Assembly: GCA_013265495.1 (NCBI GenBank)
Contig: MU058636.1
Coordinates: 1,736,001-1,800,000 of the forward strand
DNA length: 64,000 nt
Direction: 5' to 3'
Source of the DNA: Vicugna vicugna
Taxonomy: Eukaryota
The position numbers were made by a program, and so were the translations under genes. Position 1 is the first letter of the stretch. Every line of letters begins with the position of its first letter. Positions 12,394 through 24,813 of this stretch are shown piece by piece. Below the pieces are notes generated by a model. The model did not search any database and had not been told where the DNA came from. It worked only from the letters and a program-made list of their open reading frames with translations.

Positions 12394-12559
12394 ACCAAAA
12401 GATAAAATTTGAACTTGTGACATGAAAACACACTTCTCAATTTTCTTTCCTTTATATCCTAAATATCAAAACAATATCACTCAATAAATGCCTTCCTCAA
12501 GACCTGTTAATACGCAAGTTTGGTACCAAATGGGCCTTTCCACATCCTGCATGCATTTC

Positions 12560-13270
12560 TCAACAGTTCACCTTGATGCAGCTTCACCTGCTCCCCAGTG
12601 AGTCCTTCCCACCACAGCCAGAGACCTAGATGCCATCCATGGTCACCCTCTTCCTCAGCCTGCATCCCTGCCTGGCTCCTAGCCACCCTACAGCTCCCAC
12701 TCGGAACCAATCCCAGCTCATCCCAGCTCCCTACGAGGCCCCTGCCCTCACTTTTGCTTCCCTCCCCTCTACTGGCCTCACACAGAACAATTCTTCCAAA
12801 ACCTACATCAGCAATGATCACCGACACATTCAGTGGTTTTCTAGGATTTTATCCAAACGCTTAGCCTGGCCTTCAAGTCTTTCGGTATCAGCCTCCGGCC
12901 TGTCCAGCCTCCTCTGAGCCTTGTCCTCCTCACTCCTGTTGACTCAGCCATACAGCCCCTCCTGAAATTGATGACACCTCCTCATCTCAGAGTCTTTGTC
13001 CAACATTTTCCTCCCGGTTTATTCTTATTAATCCTTCAGCCTCAGGTTTAATGCCCCGGCTGTGAGCTCTCAACCTAAAGTATTCTTTCTCACGTGTCGC
13101 ATTCGTTACATGGACAACCATTTCTGCATTTACTGGTTTTCAGTCTTGCTTCCTCCTTGGGTAGAAAGTTTCGTGATGGTAAAGCAAGCATCTGCCTCGT
13201 TCACTGACGTGTCCCCAGCGCCACGCCCTGGCCCAGCCGGGGTCGGAGCTCAGCTGATGTGCGTGGGCTC
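12560..13270 (+). mobile_element. L2 3' region, degraded
   Basis: 'cttagcctggccttcaag...ttaatccttcagcctcaggtttaatg...tgcctcgttcactgacgtgtccccagcgcc'. Confidence 0.6.
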
Positions 13271-13960
13271 GGGAGCTCGACGTCACTAGCTCAGAGAGGG
13301 TTAGTGACTTCCCGCAGCTGCACGTCTAGCAGGCGGGCGTGCGGCCCCAGGTGAGCGCGCCCCCTGGGAGACTGCAGGGCAGTGGGAGGTGGGGGAGAGG
13401 GGCAGGCAGGTGAACGGATTCTACAAGAGCGATTCTCAGCCTCCCCCTAGAGAGGGGCTGCTTAGGAGTGTGCGAGAAGCGTATTCAATATTTACACTGG
13501 TTGTGGAAAACACTTTCTGTTTTCGTCATTCAGAGTGCCGAGAGTCAAGGTCCCGGGCAAGACCGCCCTGTCTGGGGAGAACAGTCAGTACAGGACTTCT
13601 CTGGGGGCAGCTTTTGGGGTTTGTCGGAAGCATGCGGGTTTAAAAGCTGCCTGGGACATTGCACGAGGCCTGGCTGCTCCCCGGAGCAGAGCGCTAAGGC
13701 TGCGGGGCGCGGGGATGGGGGGGTCGTGGTGACCTAGCGGCCCGAACGCTGCATTTGGCTCTGGGGAGCCGGGCGCGCCCAGGGGCCGCACAGCAGAGGG
13801 CGCCAGAGAGCCGGGCCGCGGGCGGCCCCGCCGGCGATGCGCAGGGAGCGCCCAGCCCGCCCCGCCTCCCGGATAGGACCCCTCCTCCTTCCTGCCCCTC
13901 TGCGCCGCCGCGGTTTCACTATGCTTCTGGGTGGGAGAATGCCAAGTGACCCTCCGGATA
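13190..13960. promoter_or_regulatory. CpG island with GC boxes and a CTCF-like site
   Basis: Very CG-dense core at 13680-13915 ('gccgggccgcgggcggccccgccggcgatgcgc') with an Sp/KLF-like 'cccgccccgcctcc'. Confidence 0.75.
13787..13805 (+). promoter_or_regulatory. CTCF consensus motif
   Basis: CGCACAGCAGAGGGCGCCA compared with the consensus CCASYAGRKGGCRS. Confidence 0.65.
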
Positions 13961-14699
13961 TCTGAAAAGTACATGCTGGCTGTTGTTATGGTTATTATAT
14001 TGCTAACAGTGTATAGGTGACAGGTGATCTTAGAAGCCAAGAGTCTTTGGGATAAGGGCAGGAGTGGGGGTGTGTTTGGGTAGCTGGCTTTTGTTTGTGG
14101 AGAGTGTTGTTCCCGTGAGTAATGGGTTTTGCTTGTTTGTTTGTTTTAATGTATAGGTTAAAATTTGTCATTCTGGGAAGAGGTACTTTCTCCCCAGAGT
14201 GGTTGGGCACATCCCTGGTGAAATGCATTAAATTTCCCTTCTCAAAGGACTTGAGGGGAACAACAACTTATATGTCAAAGAAAATAGAGAAGGTTCCAAG
14301 AGAACGTTCGCCAACCTTTAAGTCCTGTCCTCCTAACTTCCTCCCGCGCCCCCCACTCCCAAACTTCCTCAACACACACACACCTCTGCTGGGAGTGAGA
14401 TGCATTCAGTTAAAGGATGTCAAAGCTGGAAGAAAGTTTTGAAATTAAACCACATTCTCATTGTTGGGTGGATGGAACAGGAGGCCCAGAGGGGATGAGG
14501 ACTCATCCAAGGTCACAGGGCCCTTGAGAGTGGTGGGGCCGACTTCCAGCCTGGAGCTGGAGGGAAGCTCTCTCCGTGAAAAGACCACAGTGTGTGTTAA
14601 GCTTTCATTCTACTCTTTACAACACAATCACTGCAGGAAAGGATGGGAAAACCGAATGATTCTCATATCCCGGAATCCTGCCACTTCAAGACAGTCACT

Positions 14700-15070
14700 G
14701 CTAGCATTTCTGCTGTTTAATTTTCCAGACTTTTAAACTTAAATCAGTACTTATATCAAAACCCATATCAGTTTCCTAAAACCACACCCCACTCTCCATG
14801 CTGCTTGGTACCCTTGTTGTGTGTGAGTTGACATATCTTGACCACTTTCCCACGTCAGTTAGTAAACATCTACATCATAATTCCAAGAGAACGTTCGCCA
14901 GCTTTTAAGATGCCTGTTTACTCCATTGAATGGACGTACGTTCAATACTTTAATCAAACCCTTATTGAGACATGGAAGATTTTTCAAATGTTAAGCTCTT
15001 ACAAATGACACTGTACCAAACACTCCTATTCATCCACATATATGTATTTCTTGCACATTGCTATTTACCC
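14700..15070 (-). mobile_element. Ancient L1ME-like fragment
   Basis: 'acatctacatcat...actccattgaatggacgtac...tttaatcaaacccttattgagacat...ttacaaatgacactg' resembles the antisense L1ME ORF2 end. Confidence 0.6.
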
Positions 15071-16199
15071 ACTGATCAATGCGATTTTTTATAGGATTGC
15101 AGCACACAAGTCACCACCTTTCCAAGCCCCAATTTCCCCACCTTTAAGTGGAAACAACCAGTCCTGATCTCCTAGGGGTGCTGGGAGAATTAAATGAGGT
15201 CATAAATGGAAAGTAACTAGTGCTGTGTACACAGAAAATCCTAAAGAAATATTAACTATTATAACATGATTATTATGACCACAACACCTGAAGAATCGTG
15301 CCTCCTCAGAATAACTATCATTTTTTTTAACTCTTTGAACAAGAGTGACTGGAATTTTGTGAAAAAGTTTTAGGCACTAAACTAAAAGCTATTTCCATTT
15401 TTTTCTAACTTAATTGAGCCACTTGCTGCATTCCGGTTACATAGTTTAGAGCCAGTCAGAATAAAAAAGCACCTGGTCCTTAATCTTTCACTGAAGACTC
15501 CTAGTAACGTTCAGTGAACTGAGTCCTTTGTGACAGATCAAGCCCTTCTCTGATGTTTCCCCTTCGGAGATGCTGAGCGTGTGCCTCCAGGTCCCAGTGC
15601 CTTCCCGCTAATCTCTGCTTCATCTTATTATTTTTTAATATCCGTGAGCCTCCACCATTTCTTTGTCCTGATAGGTAAGGAGGGAACCCAGAAGCAGAAG
15701 CTCTCTTCTCCAAACCTTTATTTCTCATCGAGGCCGGAGGATGCCCACAAGTCACACAGGGACAGATTTCAGACTCACATTCTCAGCTGAAGCTCTGGAG
15801 GCCAACCCCGCCCCTGGCAGCGCTTGCGCAGGTAACGCAGCTGACGTGCCACCCAAGGGCGGTCAACGTGGGGAACCTCCTCCTTCTCTGAAAAACTGGA
15901 TGAAGGTTCAGTGGTGGAGGGTCCACTGCAGAGATCAGAAGTCAGTGACCGAAGTTCAGCGTGACCAGAGCTTTCCAAATTGCTGTGAAGGCCAGTTTCT
16001 CCCTGCTTCCTGCGCCCGCCCCCTCAGCCCCACGGAACACGGGAGGCAGGGCACTCTGGAGATTGTTGGGGTGGCTGCGGCTGGTACACAGGTCCCTCCT
16101 GGCCACAGGTCACAGCACCAAACCCTGGGAGGCCGCTGGTCTGTAACTGATGCACAGAATGACCCTCCAGTGCCTTTCGCCATGGGGTGCATCCTTCCT

Positions 16200-16820
16200 G
16201 TCAGTGGAGACCAGGACATGGTACTGCAACGTCTCACACCTGATGGGGAGGCTTTGTCCACTGAGCTTCCCAGGACCTCCTTCCCTACAAGGTTCTGAGT
16301 TCAGGTTGGACCCAAGAAAGACGTATGCACATTGGGAGGTCGGGGTGCAGCCTGGCCATGATGTCCCGAAGTCGACTTGAGACTCAGCATTCCTGGTGCG
16401 TGCCCGCACTGCCACTGTGGGCTGGGCTGCACGGCGTGCTGGTGTGGGCGGCACTGGGGCTCGTGGTTGCTCTGGCTGCCACCAGGTCTCCTAGAACATC
16501 TCCGTGTTGGGCCAGGGGTGTGTGCAGCTCCAGGCCCACGCGCACCAGCTCCTCATCCGGCAGAGGCAGCAAGAGAGAGGTGCAGGGTCCGGCTTGTCCT
16601 CTTCGGTTTCAATTGGTCCTCATGGGTTCCAGGTAGTCCTTGCAGGTTCCAGTTTGTTGCTGCCCTTGCCCACTTCACATCCAGCTTTTTTTTCCCAGCT
16701 GCCTCCCTGTGTCGACAGTGACTTCAGGCCACCATGAAATAGAGAGGTCTCAGCCTTCCGTGGGCTTCCTCACCAGCTCCCACAACTGCATACGGTCCAA
16801 TCCCTATCATAAACCCCCCT
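16200..16820 (+). mobile_element. Old ERVL-class LTR (LTR33/LTR41-like)
   Basis: 'cttccctacaaggttctgagttcaggttgg' and the 3' 'cccacaactgcatacggtccaatccctatcataaacccc' resemble ERVL LTR U3/R sequence. Confidence 0.5.
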
Positions 16821-16821
16821 G

Positions 16822-17335
16822 CTGCTTTTGGGCATTTACCCAAAGGAAATAAAATGAGCATCTCAAAGAGGTATCTGCACCCCTATGTTCACTGCAGTGT
16901 TATTCACAATAGCCAAGACTTGGAAACAACCTAAGTGTCCACGGACAGATGACTGGATAAAGAAAATGTGGCATATATGTACAATGGGATGCTATGCAGC
17001 CATAGAAAAGAAAGAAATTCTGCCATTGGCAGCAACATGGATTAACCTAGAGGACATTATGCTGAGTGAAATAAGCCAGAGAAAGACAAACATTCTATGA
17101 TCTCACTCATGTAGAATCCAAAAAGGTCAAACTCATTGAACCAGAGAGCAGAAATGGTGGTTGCCAGGAGCTGGGGGAGGTAGGAGAATTAGAGAATTGT
17201 TGGCCAAAGGGTACAAACTTTCAGTCTTAAGGTGAATAAGTTCTGGGGGTCTACAGTAGAGCAAGGCGACCATAGTTAATAATACTGTCTTATGTACTTG
17301 AAATTTGCTAAGCGGGTAGATCTCAAGTGTTTTCA

Positions 17336-17370
<35 letters not shown>

Positions 17371-17520
17371 CAACCATGTGAGCTGGCGGAGGTGTTAATT
17401 AGCTTGACTGTGGTAATCATTTCATAATGTATACATATATAAAATCATCACTCTGTATACCTTAAATATATACAATTTTTATTTGTCAATTATACCTCAA
17501 TAAATCTGGAAAAAAATTTT
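16822..17520 (+). mobile_element. L1MA9-like 3' end (ORF2 C-terminus and 3'-UTR)
   Basis: ORF 16885..17100 MFTAVLFTIAKTWKQPKCPRTDDWIKKMW... is the L1 ORF2 C-terminus; 3'-UTR 'gaaatttgctaagcgggtagatctcaagtgtt...tgtcaattatacctcaataaa'. Confidence 0.93.
17337..17368. repeat. (CA)16 microsatellite inside the L1 3'-UTR
   Basis: Perfect CA run. Confidence 0.97.
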
Positions 17521-17542
17521 AATTTGTAAAAACCTGCAGCAA

Positions 17543-17665
17543 ATGGACCATTCTGGTGGGACATGTTGATACCGAGGGAGGCTGTGCATGAGTGGGGCAG
17601 GGAGTGTATGGAAAATCTCAATTTTGCTATGAATCTAAAAATAAAGTATTTTTAAAAAAAAGAAA
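17543..17665 (+). mobile_element. L1MC/L1MB-like 3' terminal fragment
   Basis: 'ccattctggtgggacatgttgataccgagggaggctgtgcatgagtggggcaggg...aattttgctatgaatctaaaaataaag'. Confidence 0.75.
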
Positions 17666-18199
17666 GAAGTTTTCTGGCGCCTTGAAAATGGGATGTGAGA
17701 ACTACAATCTGAAGACGAGGGAAAATGAACAGCACAGCTAGTGCTCAACCCTGGGTTCTGCTCAAGTCACAGCTTCTCCACGCACAGCCAGCACAGCCCA
17801 GCGGTCCTTGGTGCTTACACCTGCCGGCCCCGCGAGACGCCTCAGAGAGCGACTTTGAGGAATGCATGAATTAACATATGCAGAGCTCTTAGAACACTGC
17901 CTGACACACAGTAGGGGCTCAGTGTGTTTCCTATTATTATAATTCTGCATTTTAACCCAATAAATAGCACCTGAGTAATGAATTATCTGCCTTCAGAGAA
18001 AATGATCATAAAAGGACTTATGCAAATAGTACCTTGTAAGAGATTTGCAAGGTTTAACTCAAATCTCACCTCCCTTCAGATCCCTTCCTGACTCCAGGCT
18101 GAGTTTCTCATTCTTTCCTCTCTGCTGCATCTTTTTTTTTTCTTTATACATTTTATTTTTGTTTAAATAGATACAACCTAATGAACCTACTAAGTCTTT

Positions 18200-19720
18200 T
18201 AAATGAAACCTTGTCTTTTGAGGCAATTGTAGACTCACATGCAGTTATAAGGGGAAATACAGTGTACTCTCTTCGCTCAAGTTCTCCCAGTGGAAATATT
18301 TTGCAAACCTATAGTATAATACCACAACCAGAATATTGACGCTGATGCGGTTAACACCAAGACAGTTCCATCACTACAAACATCCTTCCTGCCTGATGCC
18401 CTTTTATACCCACACCTACCTCTCTTCTTCCTCCCCACCCTTGTCCCTAGGTCCTGGCAACCACTAATCTGTCCTTCATTGCTGTAATACTGTCATTGCA
18501 AGAATGTTATAGAAATGGAATCATATCGCATATAACTTTTGAGATTGTTTTTATATTTACCATAGTTCCCGCAAGCTTCATCTGGGATTTTGCACGGATC
18601 AATATATCTTGCTTTTTTATGTTACGCAGTAGTATCCCATGGCATGGATGTGCCATGGTGGATGGTGAATGTTTAACCATTTACCTATTGAAGGACATCT
18701 AGCTTGTTTCCAGTTTGGGGTTTTAACAAATAAGATGGCCATAAACATCCAGGTACAGATTTTTTGCATGAACGTAAGTCTTCCATTTCTTTGGGGTAAA
18801 TGCCCAAGAGTGCAGCTGCTGTTTTGTATGGTGAATACATGTTTAGTTTTTGTTAAAAACTGCCAAGCCATTTTCCAGAGTGGTGGTACCACTTTAGATT
18901 CTCACTGTCAATGTATGAAAAACTCCATTTCTCCTCATCCTCACCAGCATTTGGGGTTGTCATCATTTATTTTAGCCATTCTGTTACACACGCAGCGATG
19001 TCTCACTGTGGTCTTAATTTGCATTTCCTTAATGACTAATGATGTTGAACATATTTTCACGTGCTTATTCACCATCTGTGTATCTTCTTTACTGAAATGT
19101 CTATTCGTTTCTTTTGCCATTTTCTAATTGGATGGCTTTCTTTTTTTTCACTGCTGCATTTTGAGAGTTCTTGCTATGTTCCAGATTCTTTTCCTTTGTT
19201 GGATATTTGGCTCACAAATGTTCTTTCCAGTCTGTAGTTTGCCTTTTCATCGTCTTAACCAGGTCCTTCACAGAGCAAAAGTTTTAAATTTTGATTAAAG
19301 TCCAGTTTATCCATTTTTCCCTTTTTTGAATTATGCTTTTGGGATCAAGTCAAAGAATTCTGTGTAGTCTTAGGTCCCAAAGATTTTTCTCCTGTATTTT
19401 CTTAAAAGTTTAATAGATTTATCTTTTACACTTAAAGCTATACTCCGATTTGAGTCAATGTTTTGCCCATGGAGGTCCAACTGCTCCAGCACCATTTGTT
19501 GAAAGGACATTCCTTCCTCCATTGAATTGCTTTTGCAACTTTGTTGAAAATGAGTTACATTGTGTGAGTATGTCTTGATTGCTATAGCTTTACAGGAGGA
19601 CTTAACAGGAGGTAGAGTGATTCCTCCCAGTTTTTTCTTCTTTTTCAAGGTCACTTTAGCTATTCTAGGGCCTGACCTTCCATATCCTTTTTAGCATAAG
19701 TTATCCGTGTCTACAGAAAA
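18200..19720 (-). mobile_element. L1MC/L1MD-like element, antisense (3'-UTR and ORF2 3' part)
   Basis: Minus-strand ORF 18617..18892 (...MFMAILFVKTPNWKQARCPSIGKWLN...) is ORF2-like; 3'-UTR 'ttgcaaacctatagtataataccacaaccagaatattgac'. Confidence 0.9.
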
Positions 19721-20559
19721 ATCTTCTTGGGTTGCTACAGAATTTTTATTTGTTTCCACCTAACACCCACAGTGTGATTTGATCAAAGACATCTCCAGGT
19801 GTCCTCACATGAGCAAGAATGTCTTCAAGGCAGAGAATGCATCTTGCTCATCTTTGTAACTGCCAGAGCACCTAGCAGAATGCCTGGCATATGGCAGTTT
19901 CTCAATAAATATCTGTGGGGTGAGGACATGAATGGGTAGATCAAAACACATGCCCTTCAGGCAAAGACAGATGATTTTACAATAGACAGACTCTGACGTT
20001 TTATGTTGCTACAGATCCATTATACTTTCAGTTCATTTTATTCATTTTATGCATGTTTCCTTCTTAAAACCCAGAGCTAGCCTGGGCTATTTTGGTCATA
20101 TTTCAGCTGATTGTGTCACTTCCATGTCCAACACCTTCGAAAGCTCACTATTCTATATACTGAATAAAATCCAAATTCTTCTGTACCCCTTCCATACACA
20201 GAGTGACACCTGTGTCATTCACCAGTAAGAAAATATTTATTGGGGTCTTAGGTTGTGTTAGGGACTATAAGCAATGAAAAAACCCTCAATTTTAAAGTTC
20301 AAAATAATCCATAAGAAGGCAGGAGAGAACAGAAAGGAAAATAAAGGGCTTGGATGCTGGGCCAGTGGGATTCAGATTGAGCGGAGTGAGTTTCCTGACG
20401 GCAAGGCTAATGAAACCCCAGTTAGCTAAGGAGATTGCAGAGTTCCTCTCCAAAGACTTCTAAAAATAAGAAGCTGGAGGAGGAATATTTTTATCCCAAA
20501 TGTTCTTCCCTAATATAAAGTCTCTCTTTATATCTACTAATTTGGTTCTTCTTTACACC

Positions 20560-20880
20560 TTCTATTTCTTTGCTGAGATTTTTCTGCTCTTTTATTTGTT
20601 TTCAGCATGTTTGTATTGCTTATGGAGGCATTTTTTTTTTTATGATCATTGTTGTAACATCCATGTCAGGTAATTCCAACATCTGTTCAGTGGGCATACT
20701 GGCATTTGTCGAATGTGTTTTCTCATGCAAGCTGAGATTTTCCTGGGTCTTGGTATGATGGGGGATTTTCAATTGTATCCTGGACATTTGGGGTACTACG
20801 TTACGTGACCCTGGATCTCACTTACAATCTCTATCTTAGCAGGTCTACACTGACACCACCATTGCAGGGAGAGAGGAGGA
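20560..20880 (-). mobile_element. Old L1 5'-region fragment
   Basis: Visibly homologous to 48830-49020 ('aattccaacatctg...ttttctcatgcaagctgagattttcctgggtcttgg...ggacatttgg'). Confidence 0.6.
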
Positions 20881-22934
20881 GACTTCCTTACATTTATTCA
20901 ATCTCTTTCTGTTTCATTTTCTTGCACAAAATTTATCGTAGAAAGAGAAGAAATCACACAGCAATATTTTAGTGTCCTGTCCAACATGCATGCCAAAACA
21001 TATCAATTAAAATAAACAAGGAACTTATTCACAGCATGGGGACAATTTTTTAATTCATTTAAAAATTACTGGCCAGATGATAGCTGTTTTCTCTTTGATA
21101 ACTCTGTGTTCACTAGATTTTCCCCCACACATATCTTTTAAAAGTACTCAATGATTTCATTTCTCCTGGAAATCCTGGTGCTCCTTGCTTTGAAATGACC
21201 TGTGTGTGTGTGGCTTCTCCTGCTATGCCATAAACTGTTCAAGAGTGGAAACTATTACTTTACCTCCAAAACATAAAACTTGACTCATAGTAATCTCTTA
21301 GAACATTTCTGCTGAACTTAACTGTGGGATATCTTGTGTAACTTTTTAAAATTCAAGATTTAAAACAGACACTTCAAAGTGACATTAAAAAGGTCTCAAC
21401 ATCATTGATCTCAAAGGGACATGAATGTATAACAATAAGCTGTCAACTCTCTCCTCTCATATTGCCAAAGATTAAAACCACTGGTTACACGAGAGCTGAC
21501 ATTCAGCACGTAAACGTGTTCATCCAGCTGGCGTCTATTTGGCAGGTGGGGTGTGCTCCTGTCCCGTGTGACTGAGCTTCGCTGCCCGTTGACCAGCACT
21601 CCTGCCCTGCACTGGTATCTACCAAGCTGCTGGGCATTTTGGAAGTCATGCCTGGGCTCTACTCTGCATTAGCAAAGGAGAGGTAAAATGTCGGTGGCAA
21701 TGTAAATTATAAGCCATTTGTAGAGAATAAACAATATCTACCAAGGTGTCCAAACCTTTTGATCCAGGAATTCACCGCCTGAAGATACACTCACATAAAT
21801 GCACAAAGACAGATACACAAGGATTTCCACGCTATATCATAGCAACATACTAGAAATGCCGTGAAAGATCATCAGTAGGGATCTGTGTCCAGCCACCAGC
21901 TGCATGGATGGTGGGCAGCAGCTCTCGTCCCTGGGTTGCAGCCCGGGGCTCAACCATCCCCATGGCAGCTCCGGCTTCCACACCTTGCTAACCACGGCAG
22001 AAGGAGCAGTTTCCCCGGAAAGGCCCTGTGGCTGGGAGTTCCTGGGGGGCCAGCCTACAGCCCATTTCTCCGCTCCACCCAATGACTTCTAGAGCACATC
22101 GCTGTAGCTGAGACCCCCCCCCAAACAGGAAGATGCTACTACCAGTACTGCAAAAGCCCTCTACTCCCATCACCCAGGATGTGGGCACTGGACCCAAGAA
22201 AGGTAGTGCAGCAGCAGCCTCACCGCCTGCAGAGATTATCCAAGAGCACCCCCGGGACCTCTGCCTCACCTCTGCCTTCCACATCCTCGCAAGCATGCGT
22301 GGAATGTAGCCTGATTTATACTCAGCTGCAAGGGAGCAGGGCAAATCGGGTTCTCGGCTTTGCAGGCTCTGTGGTCAGAAAGGCAACACTAGAAGGAGGT
22401 GGAGTTCAGTGATGAGCACCCCTGGACCAGCCCGGAGCAAACCCTGCTTAGCAGTCCTTATCCTCTAACAGACCAGGACCCCAGAGCAGCCTTGAGAAGC
22501 ACTATTTACAGTAGGACTAAACAAGACCAACATTTTATTTGAATTTTTTTTTCAGATTCTCTTAGTTTTTGGCTAAGTGCTTGAGTATTGCCATCTGCCT
22601 CCCTCAACACTAAACCTGCTTCTTAAGGACACTCCTGAGGTCACAGCTTAAATTGTGCAGGCATATGAATGTTTCTCAGGAAGGTTTTAAAAAATCGGCT
22701 TCTCAAAGGTGCACAAGACCCCAGAAAGGTTGAGAACCACTGTGCTGAGGGAAGTGGGGTTCAAGTGTGCCCCCCTGAGCATGAGTGGAGAGGAAGTGGA
22801 GTCCGAGGGGATAGTACGTGCTGGTGGCTGCTGTGAAGACAGAAACCCCCAACTGTCTGGTCCTGAGGAGGCCCCCAGCCCCTCTGTCCGAAGCATCCCT
22901 TATTTATCGACCCTTAGTAGCTAAATTAGGTCGT

Positions 22935-23103
22935 GCATCATGGTCACCTGTGGAATTTGTTGACATACAGCATTCTGGTCCGCACCTTAAATGAAACTGT
23001 CTGAATCAAAATTTTTGAAGAGAGAAACCAGTTTGGCCAGAAATCCAAATTTTTAACATATTTGATGGTTGCTTTAGATACAGCACCAAGTTTGGGAACC
23101 AAG
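22935..23103. mobile_element. MER5-like hAT-Charlie element
   Basis: 'tcacctgtggaatttgttgacatacagcattctgg...ctgaatc...ttttaaca...caagtttgggaacca'. Confidence 0.6.
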
Positions 23104-24687
23104 GCACAGAGAATTCTGCTTGTTTCTCCCAGGTCCTGGTTCCCTCCCCTGGAGCCCCCTGCCCCACACCAGCCACCACGTCAGTGACTCGGGACAGGCA
23201 GGGCACATGCGGGGGGCACGTGCCGGGGACAGGCGAGTGCTCTGCCAGCCACTCGGCTGCTCCGTGTGTGCTCGGGCTCCCGTCTGGAGAAATGAACACT
23301 ATCGCTCTTCTGAGGCACGGGGGAGGAGTGGCTCACCCTGAGAACTTTGAAATCTGCAGATAAAAGGCAGTGCCAAGCCCTCACTGGAACTGTTGTCACA
23401 GAGAACACTCTCCTGGGAGGGCATAGGGCCAGTGCTTTTACAGACCCCCTGTGAGCGAAAATGCCAGCCAACCCGGCTGTGTCCTCAGTCATCAGAGTCA
23501 CCCTCCCCGTGCCACTTTGCAAAAATCTGTGTCTGGATGGGAACACGCTGCGGAGTGCTTCTTGGTGAGCTTGATTCCAAACGTTACTGCCTGGGATGGA
23601 CCCCGGCGGTGGAACCTACCTCTTGAATTTAACCCTGTCGTCCTATCCCCGTGGACCTTAAACACCCTTTATTGTATCTAATAGCAGTCAGCGCTCCACG
23701 GGGTGAAGGCCACTGGATGACGACTTCACAAGGCGGCCAGATGTCGCCGTGGGGCCAGCGGCTTTTATCCTGCGGCTGCTGAATTTCACGTACATCATAT
23801 TTATCAGCAGGGATATTGTCAGTTTTATAAACGGAAACTGAGTGGCCATAAATCACTCTGCGGGCAGGTAATCGTGGGGGCCGAGGGGCAGCCTTCCGTG
23901 CAAGCTTGCCAGCCAGGTGTGTTCCTCTATCCGGTGAACAAGTCTGCAGACTGTCGGCACTGCCTCGCCCACTGTGGGGCCTGGCTGTGCCCACCATTCC
24001 TTCTACCGGGTACCGCACCCTGGCAGGCAGGGCAGAAGAAATCCAGTAGCCTTGAAAGCTACACTGCCTGGTCTACAAGATATCTCCCTCCTTCCCTGTT
24101 CTTTCCACAATGTCAGAGTCGTAGGAAACAGTAACCCATGTCTCAGAGCCTAAACACGTACCGCTGAGTGTTACGGGTGGGCTCCTACCCTACCTCCCGC
24201 CCACCCACACAGGCTGACTTCCTTGAGCCTAATTCCTTCAGGCTCAGGTGATGCTGCATGGCTGGCGGATTCGATCCATCTCTGGGCACCTCCTGTGTTT
24301 ACGGCATGGGGGCCTCCAGGAAAACCCTGGTCTGGTGAGCCCACATGAGCCCCATTTCACAGACGGGAAGGAGGGGCAAAGAGGCCAAGAAACCTGCTCA
24401 GGCTCCCACTGTGGCAGAGCCAGGGCTAGAAATCATACTCAGCGTGTTCTCAGAACTGGGACTCTCGACAGGAGAGGATGACAGGGGCTTCATCAGCCTG
24501 GGCCGGGGGCAAAGACTCCCAGAAAACACCTCAAATTCATGAGCTTCAACCTGACCCCACTTTGTTTTGGTACCTTTTCCGAGGTCAGAGAATGCTGACA
24601 GTAGAGCGGGCAGTAAAAGAGAGTCAGTCAGAAGACCGGCCCCTCCCTTGGAGAGTCTCAGACTTCGGCACCATCCGTCCGTCTGGC

Positions 24688-24813
24688 GGGCTTGTTCAAG
24701 CCAGATTGCTGGGCCCTGCTCACAATTCTCTTGTCTAGTAGATCTGGAGCCTAACAATGTGCGTTTCTAATACGCTCCCAGGTGGTCCAGGGACCCCACC
24801 TTGAGAACCACTT
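24688..24813. mobile_element. MER5A-like element
   Basis: 'cagattgctgggccctg...agtagatctgg...tgcgtttctaatacgctcccaggtggtccagggaccccaccttgagaaccact'. Confidence 0.8.

Noticed and set aside
16885..17100. ORFs with real protein similarity (also 32138..32374, 18617..18892, 47426..47638)
   Set aside because: All are fragments of L1 ORF2 in truncated, dead elements; they are not host genes.
18669..19127. 152-aa hydrophobic ORF on the + strand
   Set aside because: It is the antisense reading of an L1 ORF2 remnant, not a membrane protein.
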